A program made the position numbers and the translations under genes. DNA of 60,000 nucleotides from Camelus ferus (lineage: Eukaryota), in contig NC_045698.1 in assembly GCF_009834535.1 (NCBI RefSeq), positions 11,162,001 through 11,222,000 of the forward strand, given 5' to 3'. The notes beneath the pieces were generated by a model. It had not been told where the DNA came from. It searched no databases and saw only the letters and a list, made by a program, of their open reading frames with translations. Within the stretch, counting starts at the first letter, position 1, and every line of letters begins with the position of its first letter. Shown here piece after piece: positions 36,545-48,471 of the stretch.

Positions 36545-38840
36545 GAGGTTAGGGAGCCTGGTGTGCAGGGGTGATTTTCAACATTAAAAAGGATGATTAG
36601 GGAATACAGCACGACTCATTTCCGTGTTCTCCTGCTGATGGCATTTGATGGCATTTTGAGACCATTGTGAGCACTGCTTTATGTGTCTTCGGCTGCGAGG
36701 TACAGAGTACCTCTCAGGTATATATTCCTATGAGGTGGGACTGCTGAATTTTGCCAAAATGCCAAATGGTTTTTCACTGATAGTGATTCGTTCGTCTTCG
36801 CATCTTCAGAACCTAGCACCGTGCGTGGCACAGAGTTGGGCTAATATTTGCTTGAGTAAGTAGAACTTCATGGTAGAAACAAGAGCAGCAGGGGTGGACG
36901 TTCCAAATCTACTTCATCATATTAACTAGGCTCTGCTGTCTAGCTGTTGGACCTCGCATGAAAAGCAGAAACCGGCCCCTCCGTTTGTCTTCTGTGCTAA
37001 ACCGTTCTCAGGGGGCGCCTTCTGACATTTGCCGAGTTCATGCTGGCTGGGACAGTTGGAATTGCTAAAGCCTCTTTACCAATGAAGGAACGCTGCAAAT
37101 AGATTCTAGCTGTTTATTGCAAGTGTTTCTCACTCTCTTGCTTGAAACTGCCCTCGAAGAAGCCAGATTCTCTTTATAGGATGTCATTCCCCGCTCTGCT
37201 CTGTGCTCTGGGCTTCTGAGGCCTGCCCAAGGAGAGTGTGCTCCAGCATCCCATGTGGAATCAGAAGTCTCGACTTGAACTTGCCCTTTTGAACATTCCT
37301 GTCCGGCTGATGTTTTGGCAAGCCGAATGTTAACACTTTAAAACTGATCCTTGCTTGCTTGTGGAAAATGAATCTAAGGTACTTGGGGAATTATTTGGAC
37401 TTGGGAAGGCTTGATGCCTCATAAAATGAAGTTCTGGACTGAAATACCCTTGAAATATGTCAAGCCTCAGAGTTGTGTCTGTGCTTTCTAAATATTTGAA
37501 ATAAAAATGGGTGGTTATACCCAGTCACTTTGTGTACGAGTGTCTCCTCATGGTTTAAAATGTCCAGTCTCAGCATTTAAAATAAATAAATTCATTTCTT
37601 ATGAAACCCTTTTTATTCCTCCTGGTTACCATATTTAGCAGATGAATTGGGAGTGCTTTTTTTTTTTTTTTTAAACAGTCCTCATTCTTTCTGACATATA
37701 TTGAACTGTTTAGCTACTAGCTAACTTTTCTTCATTAAAAGTTGGGATAAAATATTCTGCCTATCACAGGGTTCTTGGCATGTAAGTTACAAGATTCCTG
37801 TGTAGGTTTCTCTCTCCTCCATCATAGCAAAAGTCATCATGTGCATTTTTGTCACATTAATGCAAAACAACAGAACAATTAGGCCTTTTATTCCATTTTA
37901 GTATAAGTGGTTATTCCTAAATTTTGGCTCTAGCTTTTAGTAATAATTTTCAGCTTTAATCTGGTGGGTAGGACAGTTGTGATATTAATAATATGTGTGT
38001 GTGTTTGGGTGTATGCCTATGACATACTTAGTGAAACTTACTCTAAGTTTTCTCAAAGAAAATGCTAAAAGTAGGTGCCAGTGTTCATGAGATTTATTGA
38101 ATAAATAATAAATTGAGACCTGCTCTCAATATCAGTTAGAGCAAGAAATGAGAAAAGGAATTAAGAATACCTGAATTGTGGTTTAGTATAGAAAAAAAAT
38201 ATTTCAGTCACCGTACGCCTGAAATACATTTAAATATTATAAGGTTTGCTCTCTTAACCTCCTGTACTAATGATGCACAGCACCAATATTAAAAGGCCTG
38301 GTAACAGTTACACAGACTTTATAGAGAAAGTAAACATTTCAAGTCTTTTAACACAGGAAAAAAAGTTATGGTGTATTCATGTGTGGCTTCTTTTTGAAAT
38401 AAAGCTACAACTTTGGAAAAGTAAATAAAACTAAGCATTTATGGATGTTTCTACTATGATGCTATTAAAATAGTAGTAATAAAAACAGTAGATTTTTCTA
38501 TTTTGGAGAGAAAAAAAGCACATGATCTTTCCCATTCAAGTGAATGGCAGTTGGCTGCATTTTCCTGTCTTTCTGATGTGATTTTTCCATGCTATAAAAA
38601 TATGATTAGCTCGTCCTTAAGAAAAGCTTGTCAGCTTTCTATGAAGAAAGTAAATCTGTTGAAACCTAGGCTCTTTCTAACACAACACCATGTTTTTACA
38701 GTAAAAATGTGAAGTTGAGGAAAGGTAATAGTTAAGTAGAAGGAAATCTTTTTTCTTTTTATTCAGCAAAACATTTTGGTTATATTTGTGAAAGTGGAAA
38801 AGGGAAAAATGGTCTTTGTTAAAGACCATCTATGTCATGT

Positions 38841-38880
38841 TGTATTAATCAGGGTTCTCTAGAAAAACAGAACCAAAAGG

Positions 38881-38940
<60 letters not shown>

Positions 38941-39426
38941 TTATATCCACAAACCCAGATGCATAGGAATCGGCTTAAATAATTACGGAGGCTGAAAAGT
39001 CCCAAGACCTGTAGTTGGCAAGCTGGAGATCCAGGAGGAGAGGTGGTATATTTCCAGTCTGAGTCTGATGGCCTGAGAACCAGGAAAGCCAATTAAATAG
39101 TTCTAGGGAAAGCTTGAAGGTTCAAGACCCAGAAAGAGCCAGTGTTTTCAGTTCAAGTCCAAAAAACCTGAAATCCCAGCTTAAGGCAGTCAGGCAGGAG
39201 GAGTTCGCTCTTACTCCCTGGAAGGTCAGACTTTTAATTCTCTTCTGGTCTTCAACTGATTGGACGAGGCCCACCCACATTAGAGAGGGCCATCTGTTTT
39301 TACAGTCTGCCAAATCAGACATTAACCTCATCTAACACACTGTCACAGACACATCTAGGATAATGTTTGACCAACCGTCAGGGCACTGTGTGAGTCAGTC
39401 AAATTGACATAAAATTAGCCATCACG
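38841..39426 (-). mobile_element. MLT2B-like ERVL solo LTR containing (TG)n at 38882-38938
   Basis: tgtattaatcagggttctctagaaaaacagaacc...aaattgacataaaattagccatcacg; 5-bp TSD catgt/catgg. Confidence 0.88.
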
Positions 39427-40552
39427 CATGGCAAAAAAGATGTTATTTTTAAAGGATAGGAAGAGAAAAACACAGAGGACAGAAGTGTAAGATATTTACA
39501 GGAGTCTTCCCTGGAAAATTCACTTCTCTTCTGTGTGCTGTATTGAAAATAGATTGAAGATGATGTAAAATGCTTCAGGATGTAGCCATTTTAACGTTTT
39601 AGCAAGAGAAGAGCCCAGGGTCCAAGTTCACTGTTATATTGAAAGAGAACTGGATAGGCTTAAGACTTAAATTGAGCAGGCTTCCCAGAACCTGTGCTCC
39701 AGTATCTTTTTTTTCCCTTAAATTTTAACCTAACTATTAAACGAACAACTAGCATTTCAGTTATAATTGCAGTTAGCGAAGGAATGCTGGCTTCTTTTGT
39801 TTTATTAGGCAGGCTGATTTAGGAATACCAAATTGTTGTTGAATAATTTCCCCCAAGGATGTCTGTAAAGCATTTAATCCAGTTAGGTGAACTTGAGTAA
39901 CTACTGCGCGCAGGGCATTGAACTAGGTGTGATTATATGAAACGTTACTCAGAGCAAACACTCAGGGAGAGAAGGGACCTTGGCTTGCTAAACGTGAACA
40001 TGACCTAGACACTAGTTCCAACCCCGGAAACTCTGCAGGTTTTCAAGAAACATATTTTATTGCTAATGAATAGATACGGCAAGCATTTGAGAAAGGGAAT
40101 GTCTACTTTTCTGCTGCCTCTTGGAAAGAGAATCAAATGGCACGGGCTTCTCAGCACCGATGTGTGAAATGAAGCATCCTCTTGTATTTCCAGCCTTTTG
40201 TGACCTCTCTGTAGTGACTGGCCTTTCTCCTGGAAACTGGCAAACCAGTTCTGAAATAAATGTGGTGTTTATACACATAGAAAGGTTATCAGAGAAGGTT
40301 TATGGCAGAATGACTTTTTCTGCCAAGTTAGACATGGAGTCACACAGGCTCCTTCCAGTGATGGAGCTGAGGTAACAGTCACTCATATCAAAGTAATGTG
40401 CATTTACTACCGATCCGCTTTGTCCTGTGTTGGCACACTCAGCAATTTTAAACCTGTACCCCCCACCCCCAAGGGCACCAGCAGCTTATCAGCATCACTT
40501 TTCAGGACTCTTTTTTCCTGATTCTTCCTCCCTCCCTCCCTCCCTTTTCTTT

Positions 40553-40652
40553 NNNNNNNNNNNNNNNNNNNNNNNNNNNNNNNNNNNNNNNNNNNNNNNN
40601 NNNNNNNNNNNNNNNNNNNNNNNNNNNNNNNNNNNNNNNNNNNNNNNNNNNN
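40553..40652. other. Assembly gap (100 N) in a (CCCT)n pyrimidine repeat
   Basis: run of N with ccct repeats on both sides. Confidence 0.99.
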
Positions 40653-40684
40653 CCCTCCCTCCTCTCCTCTCCTTCTTCTTCTAC

Positions 40685-41000
40685 TTAATTTTTTTTTTAG
40701 AACAGTTGCAGTTTAACATCAAAATTGAGTGGAAGGCACAGAGATTTCCTATATATCTCTTGACCCTCCTTGTTATTAACATTCGCCACCAGAGTGGGAT
40801 ACTGGTTACAATTGATGAACCCTCACTGGACATCATTATGCCCCAGAATCCATGGCTTACACATCAGGGTCCACATCGATGCTGTACAGTCTGTGAGTTT
40901 GTGTAATGACATGTACCCACAATTAGAGCATCATACGAAGTAGTTCCACTGCCCTAGGAGCCCTCTGTGCTCCACCTGTTCATCTTCCCTGCCCCCTGAC
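40685..41000 (-). mobile_element. L1MC-like 3' end
   Basis: tagaacagttgcagtttaacatcaaaattgagtggaaggcacagagatttcc; similar to 13899-14250. Confidence 0.85.
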
Positions 41001-41234
41001 TTCGGGGACGCCCCCCGCCACCACGGATAATTACTGACTGCCATACTTTCAGATTTTTACTTAGTTCTTACATTTCATCAATACCCACCTCCCAAAAGGA
41101 TTCATTTCTTTTTCATCCAAACTATTGAGCAGAACGTTAAATATTTAAAATTTTTGATATTCTACTCAATAGTTTAGAAAAACAGAGAAGCCCCCCTTGT
41201 TTTTGTGTTGCTAAAATGCATGAACTAAGAAATC

Positions 41235-41345
41235 CACAGAATCATCAAACTGGAAGGAAAGTTAGTGAGTGCTGAATTAAATCCTTTCACCTTACACATC
41301 AGAAAGCAGAGGCCAGGAGAAATTAGGTGGTTTGCCCAAATGAAA
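41235..41345 (-). mobile_element. MIR fragment
   Basis: ttacacatcagaaagcagaggccaggagaaattaggtggtttgcccaa. Confidence 0.55.
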
Positions 41346-42544
41346 GTGAAATACTTCTAAAGATCTTTCCTGATCTGTAGGAAAAAAAAAGTCCCCAAAG
41401 TTAATTTTTCTTTCCTATAAAACTGTATTAGTTGAAATAATTAGAAAATGTGAGTGTCTGCTTGCAGGTCAGCTTCTATGCCTGTAATTCGGGGATCTGG
41501 GTGATCTTCTTGAAGAGCTCTTTCCCCTTTCCTTAAGCCTTAAGATGTTCTCTTCTGCTGGATTCAGAGGGTTCAAGGCCAAGATGCAGGAGGTGACCAG
41601 CGTCTGTGGCCATTCAGCTCTCTTCAGGGCCATGGACTGTCCATCTCTTGCGCCCGGCAGCCCCTGTGCACTTGCCAGTTCTCAAGACAGTGCCTTCCAG
41701 TGCCAGGTTGTAGGATCTGTTTTCTGCAGTCCACATAATCCTCAGCCAAAACTTGGCAACCCCTTGTCTGACTCTAACTGTGTGGGCTGGTTCCTCCTGA
41801 GCTTCTGGTTTATAGCTGTCCTTTCATTGAGTGAAATAGAACTGTAAAATGCCATTGTTTTAGCAGCTAAACATCTGTTATCCACAAACAGATTCAAATC
41901 CCAAAATGGAATCAAAATCATAAAACCTAACCAAGAGTTTGATTCTGCCATTTAAGTCAATGGCACCTTAACATTTTTTCTTTTTTCCAAATAATGCCTT
42001 TTAACTAGCAAAGTAGATTTGTAAGCAATGCCATAGCTGGGCCATCATTTCTTTAAAATTCTACTAGCAACAGTTGAAGAGACTTTTGGGGGAACCTTCC
42101 AAGACTTGTAAACCTTGATCCATCCCGCAGTCATTGGAAAATGAACAGGTGTAGGATGCCAGAAGATTCAAGTGTTTGCTTTAAAACAGGGAAGTGGAAG
42201 AGGGCTTGAGACAGCTATTTGAATCCAGTGGCTTTTCTCCTCCACAAATATGTAAACAGTTTGTAACAATAAAATGGTTTGACCTGTCATGGTATATAGT
42301 CAGGCTGTTTCAGAGGAAGTATTTTCCATTTTTTTCCTATGCCTGTTTTAAGTACGTTCGGGGAGGTAGGGGGCACTGTTGAGCAGATGATGTGTGGATG
42401 GAGTTTGTGTGAAGGAGATGAAATCACCTCGGAGCCACCTTCTTGATCTAGAGGAGAGTGCTTTGAGGCTTTTGGGTGAAATACTCTCTGGCACTTGTCG
42501 GTCTCTGTATTTGATCATTGTTTTGTCCCCTTGTGATAGGGTCT

Positions 42545-42860
42545 AGCAGTGTGGTGACAAATTCAAGTGTCCTCAGGGCTGGGCAGATAAGATGAAGGAC
42601 TTGACTGTCTGTGGAGGGGGAGGGTTCAGACCATGGCAGACCAGCCTGCTAGTTAGTGCCCCATCTCCCCCTCTGTTAGTAGCATGGAGAATCAACCCAG
42701 AACTGTCAGAGCTTCCAGGTCCCAATTTTTCAAGGGACTCTAAAAATCTATCTTTTAATGTGAAATATCCAACTATTAAATTTTTATTTCATTTTATTTT
42801 TAAAGAAACCCCAAGTGGACCAATTCAAAAAAATCTGTGACTCGCTAGTTTGTGATTTTT
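42545..42860. mobile_element. MER103-like DNA transposon relic
   Basis: aatttttcaagggactctaaaaatctatcttttaatgtgaaatatcc. Confidence 0.55.
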
Positions 42861-43729
42861 TTGGGTGTCAGGCTCCTGGGTCTGTCCAAATATTTTTAAC
42901 GTTTACTAGTGGAGTAAGTTTGGCATAGTAATTGAACCTTTCTGAGGCTTAGTTTTTACTTTTTAAGGTTGAAGTAATAATGCTTGCTCTAGAAAACGAT
43001 GAGGGTAAAGTCAGAAAGGGAAAACGGAAACAATTTGTAATTGCAAAGTCCTGTAGAGGCGTTCAACGTTAGACGCAAGGACAAACATGCTAACGTTCAG
43101 AATAGCTTCAGCAGGGCCACCAGTAGTGGGCCAGGCTTGTGGCAGCTGTGTCACAGCTTCTTTCACTAGCTGGTAGGTGAACTAGGCTAAAACGGGCAGG
43201 AACCAGCCTCACTCTTTGACTGAAGTACCGAGCAGGGGCCAGCCACCAGCAGCTCTGTTTATTACGTGTCATCTTGTATTTAGATCGTGCACAGCTGACT
43301 TAAAGATGGATGGGTCCCTGGGGTGGGGGGGATCTGGAGTGAAGGCTGCAGTTCCAGGCTTTGGGGGGCTGGAAATGGGCTCCTGTCATGCTGGCTGTGT
43401 CTTGCTGCACATTAACTCAGAAAGCAGGCGGCTCGAAGAAAGGGTGAGGTGAGGGCGTAGATTTTGGAAACACGACTTACCTCTCCGTTCATGCCCACGC
43501 AAAGCAGTGTGAACCCTGGGCCCCCTGACCCACCCACATATATTCCTTTCCCCTTTTTATACTTTTCCGTCTTTAAGGAAGACTCTTTTGATTTATATTA
43601 ACTCAAGTTTCCCCATGTAAGCAGAGAATTTTTGTTTGTTAGGGAAGGATCAGGCAGAGAGAAAGAGAATGTGTCTGACTCTGGGTCTTGGAAAAACCCT
43701 ATAGGATCCAGAATTCATCAAAACTGACC

Positions 43730-43925
43730 GTTCACTCTCCCCCCGGCGTGTGTCCCACAGAACCTGGGCACACCTCTGTTACTGCAGCTTTTTTGTTGAT
43801 AACAGATGTTGGTCTTCTATAATAGATGTGAAATCTTTGAAGGGAGACTGCTCAAATGGTGTTTATTTTAAATTCTAAGGCCCAGTGAGCAATACAGCAG
43901 CTCAATAAATGTTTGCTTGGTTGCA
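43730..43925 (+). mobile_element. L2 3' end
   Basis: tagatgtgaaatctttgaaggga...gctcaataaatgtttgcttg. Confidence 0.6.
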
Positions 43926-44316
43926 CAGAGTGACCCTGAGCCCTCCATGTCTTCACGTCTCTGGAGAACGTATAGTGTTTGCAGAAAGACAGGAATTCTC
44001 ATTTACTCTAAGTAGAGAGGGAGCAGGAGAGGGTGGCCAGGAATAATACTACAGCAGGAAGGTTCAAGGAGGCTTCTCAACCTTGCCTGTAAGGTCAAGC
44101 TAGCTCAGAAAAATATTTGTTTCCTTTTTAATAAAAGTTCTCTGTGAAAAGGTAGTTTTTTGTTTTCTTAATAGAAGGATGGGAGGGGGCAGGTGTAATG
44201 GCTTTTTTAGAGAAAGTGACGTTGACTGAAGGGGGAATCCTATAACAGGGATCCTTCTGGACTGCAAAGGAGGTCAGTGTCCTGTTGCATTATGGGATTT
44301 TCTTTGTTTCCCCCAG

Positions 44317-44355
44317 AAACAGGATGATCTTGTACAAGCAGTGGCTTCTGCCAGC
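44317..44355 (+). CDS. Candidate 39-nt internal exon (phase-0 reading KQDDLVQAVASAS); host gene unidentified
   Basis: acceptor ttttctttgtttcccccAG, donor AGC|GTAAGT, length divisible by 3, two frames open, no recognisable repeat. Confidence 0.4.
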
Positions 44356-45714
44356 GTAAGTCAGATACTTTCTGTTCTTAGGTGATGCCCTGTTCACCTC
44401 ATTGGATGCCTTTCTTCAGCTGGTCAGCACCAGTGAGTGATGTTAATATGCCTCACATCTCTGTAGACCACGGATATAAGGTCATCCATTCAAATTGATA
44501 ATTTATTATGTAGCCTTTGATTTATAGTATCGTAAATGTAGATAAGCATTAATAAACATTTGTACTATTTACATCAACTCCTCCACCGTAAAGTTGATAT
44601 ATAGAATTGAGTGTTCCTGTGCATTGGATATCTTGCTGAGACATAATGAAGCCCACAATTTCTTTACTTCTAGGAAACTCTGTAAGACTTCTGAATGTGA
44701 TTTATTTTCTCAGAAATCCTTTGGTAGGTTTTTATTGTCTATACCTGTCTTTATTATTATTTTAAAAATACTGCAAATCTTTGGAAACTCTTGTAGGTGC
44801 AATAGTTCTATAATAATACCTATCTTTTAAAACTCAGAAATATTTTATGAATGCATAAACTATGCCCACTCCAGCATGGTTTATTATATAACAGCTTTGG
44901 ATTAAAAAAAATAAACATTAATGCCTCCTCTGTGAAAGTGCAAAGAGATAAAATATGGTTTAACAATAGAAGTACTTATTGAGCAGAAACTTATCAGATT
45001 CCATAAAATAATTCAGGTTCAACCCAGTATTCCCCAGTGTAAGAAAAGAGTGTTTTTTAGGGTGAAATAAATTCAAATCTTAGCAGCCTTTGGATATATG
45101 TACTTCATTATTTTATGAAAAAGTGTATTGGGATGTGGGAGACACTGTGTGTTAATATTTCTGGACTATTGAAATTAGATTAAGACTGAAAATAAACTAC
45201 GAAGGATTGAAATAATCCAGTAACTTCATTACTCATGCATGCCCCAGATGGTTCTATACGAAGAAAGTTTTGTTTGCCCTGAGGTTATGTTTCACTCTCA
45301 GTTGGTGTTTAATATTTAATGCTGGAGAACACGAGAGACTGGGCCTGACTCACGCCTGCACTGATTGTGACACTTGGACTTTTGGCTGGAATGTTCTGGT
45401 AGCAGCCAACCTAAGGTCATTGACTTAAAATTGCATCCTAGGGCTTTTTGGTGTGGGAATGGTGGACAGTGAAAAAAGGAAAACAACATAAAAATGAAGC
45501 AAACCAGTTAGAATGAGGCTGAGTACTGCACTAGTTGCCCATATTCCTTGGGTCCTCCAGACTTACATCTTTGTAGTCATCTTTGATTCTACCTTTTCCT
45601 TGGAAATTTAGCATCTCTAAATCAGAAGACCTCTTGAATCTCTTCCGTGTCTCCTTCACGCTCTTTCCTATTCATTTTTTGTGCCCTCCAGCCCCGTGCT
45701 GGGATGATTTAATG

Positions 45715-46750
45715 GTAAGACCTGTGGGAGAAGAAGTATGAATCAAATACTTGTAGTAAGTGTAAGTCAACCAAATGTAGAATTGCATCCAATTTAAGGG
45801 CTTTAGAAGGAAATGTATGCTGTGAGAGCCTGTTATAAGGCAGGGAGATCAGGGAAGGCTGCCTGGAGGAGGTGATGACTTTACTGGGATCTGAAGGGTG
45901 GCTTAGAGTTTAATAGTCCAAATAGGGAGACCAATCTCTCCGTGGATGGAATTGTGTGCACAGTGGCCCTGTGGCAGAGCAAGCATGACAAACGTGTGGG
46001 ACTAAAAGAAGTCATTTGTGGCCGGTTTCAGATGATAGTCAGTCCTTGCTGAGGTATTTTGTACATTTCATGAGATCAATGGGAAGCTGTGAAGACTTTT
46101 AAGTGAAGTGGTGATGTGGCTGATTTTGAAATTTGAACTAGTGACTGGGTGTTGGCAATAGTGGGTGAGAGTGAACTGGGGTCAGTAAGTCAAGACTGTT
46201 AAGGAGACAATCAGGCAAAGGAAGATGGCAGGCTGGGCTGAGGAGGTGCTGATAGACTAGGAGAGAACGGGAGGCATCAGAGAGACGGGAGGCATCAGGG
46301 AGATGCACACAAGGTTAACACCCACAGCTCCTGTCGGTAGGTTGGGTGGGGATGTCAGAGACAGTGTCAGGAATGACATGCACATGTGTGGCTGGATAGG
46401 ACGAGGTTCCATTTCCAGAGAAAAGGGATATAAAGAGCGCTAGGCTCTGTGAGGAATATCATACGTTCAGTTTTGGACGTGGAGAGTTGGAGGGGACTTC
46501 AACAGGTCCAAGGGGGAATGTTAAACAGACACTTGGTGCTGCCAGTCTGAGTGCCAGGCGAGGTCTGGGAGGAGAATTTCCAAACCGTGTGCAGCGTGCA
46601 GATGATCACCGAATGAGCGGGCATGAGAGCCCCCAGGGAAAACAAATTAGAAGAAGCCATCTAAGGAGTGCAGCCCTGCCCCTCGAGGGACTCTGACGTC
46701 TGGATGAGCCTGAAAGGGAGTCAACCAGGAGAGTTCCCATGGCAACCAAG
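45715..46750 (-). mobile_element. L2 LINE ~1 kb
   Basis: gatcagggaaggctgcctggaggaggtga...caatgggaagctgtgaagacttttaag...gttcagttttggacgtggagagttggagg. Confidence 0.85.
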
Positions 46751-46839
46751 GGACGCCGCTGCTTTAGTTTAGGTTTCCTGCTTCAGACATGAAACTCCAC
46801 TTCCTGCCTTTGTCTCTTCCCCGGACCCTTTAAGAGTTT

Positions 46840-46980
46840 TTGTTTCTGTTTTGTTTTGTTTTGGTTTTTCTCGAGTAGAAGTAGATTTATTTATTTACTT
46901 AGTACACGGGCCGGGGTGGGGGTGGGGGTGGTTGTTAAAGTAAAGTTACATACACTCCATAGACAGAGCCATCTCAGAAG

Positions 46981-47051
<71 letters not shown>
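46840..47051 (-). mobile_element. Short polyadenylated retrocopy of an LTR-like transcript end, with (GA)34 at 46983-47050
   Basis: 14-bp TSD ccctttaagagttt at 46826-46839 and 47052-47065; antisense AATAAA at 46886-46891 followed by an A-rich tail. Confidence 0.8.
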
Positions 47052-47052
<1 letters not shown>

Positions 47053-48059
47053 CCTTTAAGAGTTTCTGAAAGATTAATTTTTTGAATTATAATTTTGCAC
47101 TTTTCTCAGAAATGTTCAGGGTTTCTCCATTTTCTACACAGTTCGACACCCTCCAGGGGCTGGTTCTCACCCATCTTATTCTTGTTTCCTGCCCTTCTCA
47201 GACCCTGTGAGCAGAGGAAATTGAACCATTTGTTTTTCTTTTTTGCTGTTATATGCCCTCAGTTTTCGATCATGGTGATTTTCCTCTTGTCATTTCAACT
47301 AGAAACACCATCCCCACCTACCCCCTGTCTATGTCCGATTCCCCACTGACCTTCATGATCTAGCTCAAAGGCTTTTCAGAACTGTCCAGGGGTTCAGGTG
47401 CTTATACAATTGGCCTAAGGGTAAGCCTGGTCATTAATTTGAAGAAGCTCTCCCAGATGATTTGAATATACAGCCAGGTTTGAGAAGGACTAGTCTGTAT
47501 GTCTTAGATCTCAACAGGTCCCTAAACTCCCTGAAATAGCAGGACCCAGGACCCAATTCTCTTTTAACTTTGCATCTCATGTCTTGAATTCTGATAGATG
47601 TCCAATGCATATTTATGGAATAATTTACCCTTTAAAATACCTGAGATATCTTATAAATCTTTTTTCTAGTGTTTCTTGAATCTTTTAGTTCCTTGATTAT
47701 TTTTGGTGACCATTAAATGTTTTCCCTCTCCTTTCCTTTCTGTTGGTTTCTAAAGATTCTGTGTCATCTGGACATGTGTTAAATAGACTTTTCTTATGTG
47801 ATAGCTCTGTTAAAAGTCCCAGTATCCAATGGAAAGTGTCAGTCTCAGGAGAGGAAATGCTTTGGAAGCATTTTGGGAAGGTGTGAGGCTGGAATTTTCC
47901 CCTACTTTGCATTGGCCTAGACACTGCCTCTGGAGCAGAGAACATAGTGGGTTCACTTGAGCACCTTGGACAGAGATAGGCTAATTGCATCCTTGGCTGT
48001 GCAGCAGTTGAAAGCTATTTGGCCTGTATGGGATTTACCTTGTCATCACTGGGTTAGAA

Positions 48060-48246
48060 GAGCAGTTCTCAATGGGGACAGTTTTGCTCCCCAGGTGACA
48101 TTCGATTCTCTGGAGACATTTTTGGTTGTCACAACTTGGAGGGGATGCTCCTGGCCCCTAGAAGGCACAGAGGCTGCTGAAGGCACAAGACAAAGAATTA
48201 TCTGGCTCAAATCAAAATATTGTAGTGCCAGCATTGAAAAACCGTG
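48060..48246 (+). mobile_element. MER20 hAT-Charlie MITE
   Basis: cagttctcaatggggacagttttgctccccaggtgacatt...tctggagacatttttggttgtcacaact. Confidence 0.88.
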
Positions 48247-48391
48247 GATTAGCAAAAACTGGCTCAAAAAATCACACGTCCAGTTTCTCCCAAGCTGAGT
48301 TGTGGAGCATTCCAGATGTGCCTCTGACTCATTTTGATGTGGAGATGTGTTTTCATATAAACCTCCTCTCTTTGTGCATTTATTGCTGTTT

Positions 48392-48471
48392 TGTGTGTGT
48401 GTGTGTGTGTGTGTCTGTGTGTGTCTGTGTGTGTCTGTGTGTGTCTGTGTCTGTGAGTCTGTGTGTGTGTG
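48392..48471. repeat. Compound (TG)n/(TGTGTC)n microsatellite
   Basis: directly visible. Confidence 0.95.

Noticed and set aside
40427..40906. 159-aa ORF
   Set aside because: Spans the N gap and an antisense L1 UTR
46267..46302. 18-bp tandem duplication acgggaggcatcag(a/g)gag
   Set aside because: Trivial slippage inside an L2; not an array
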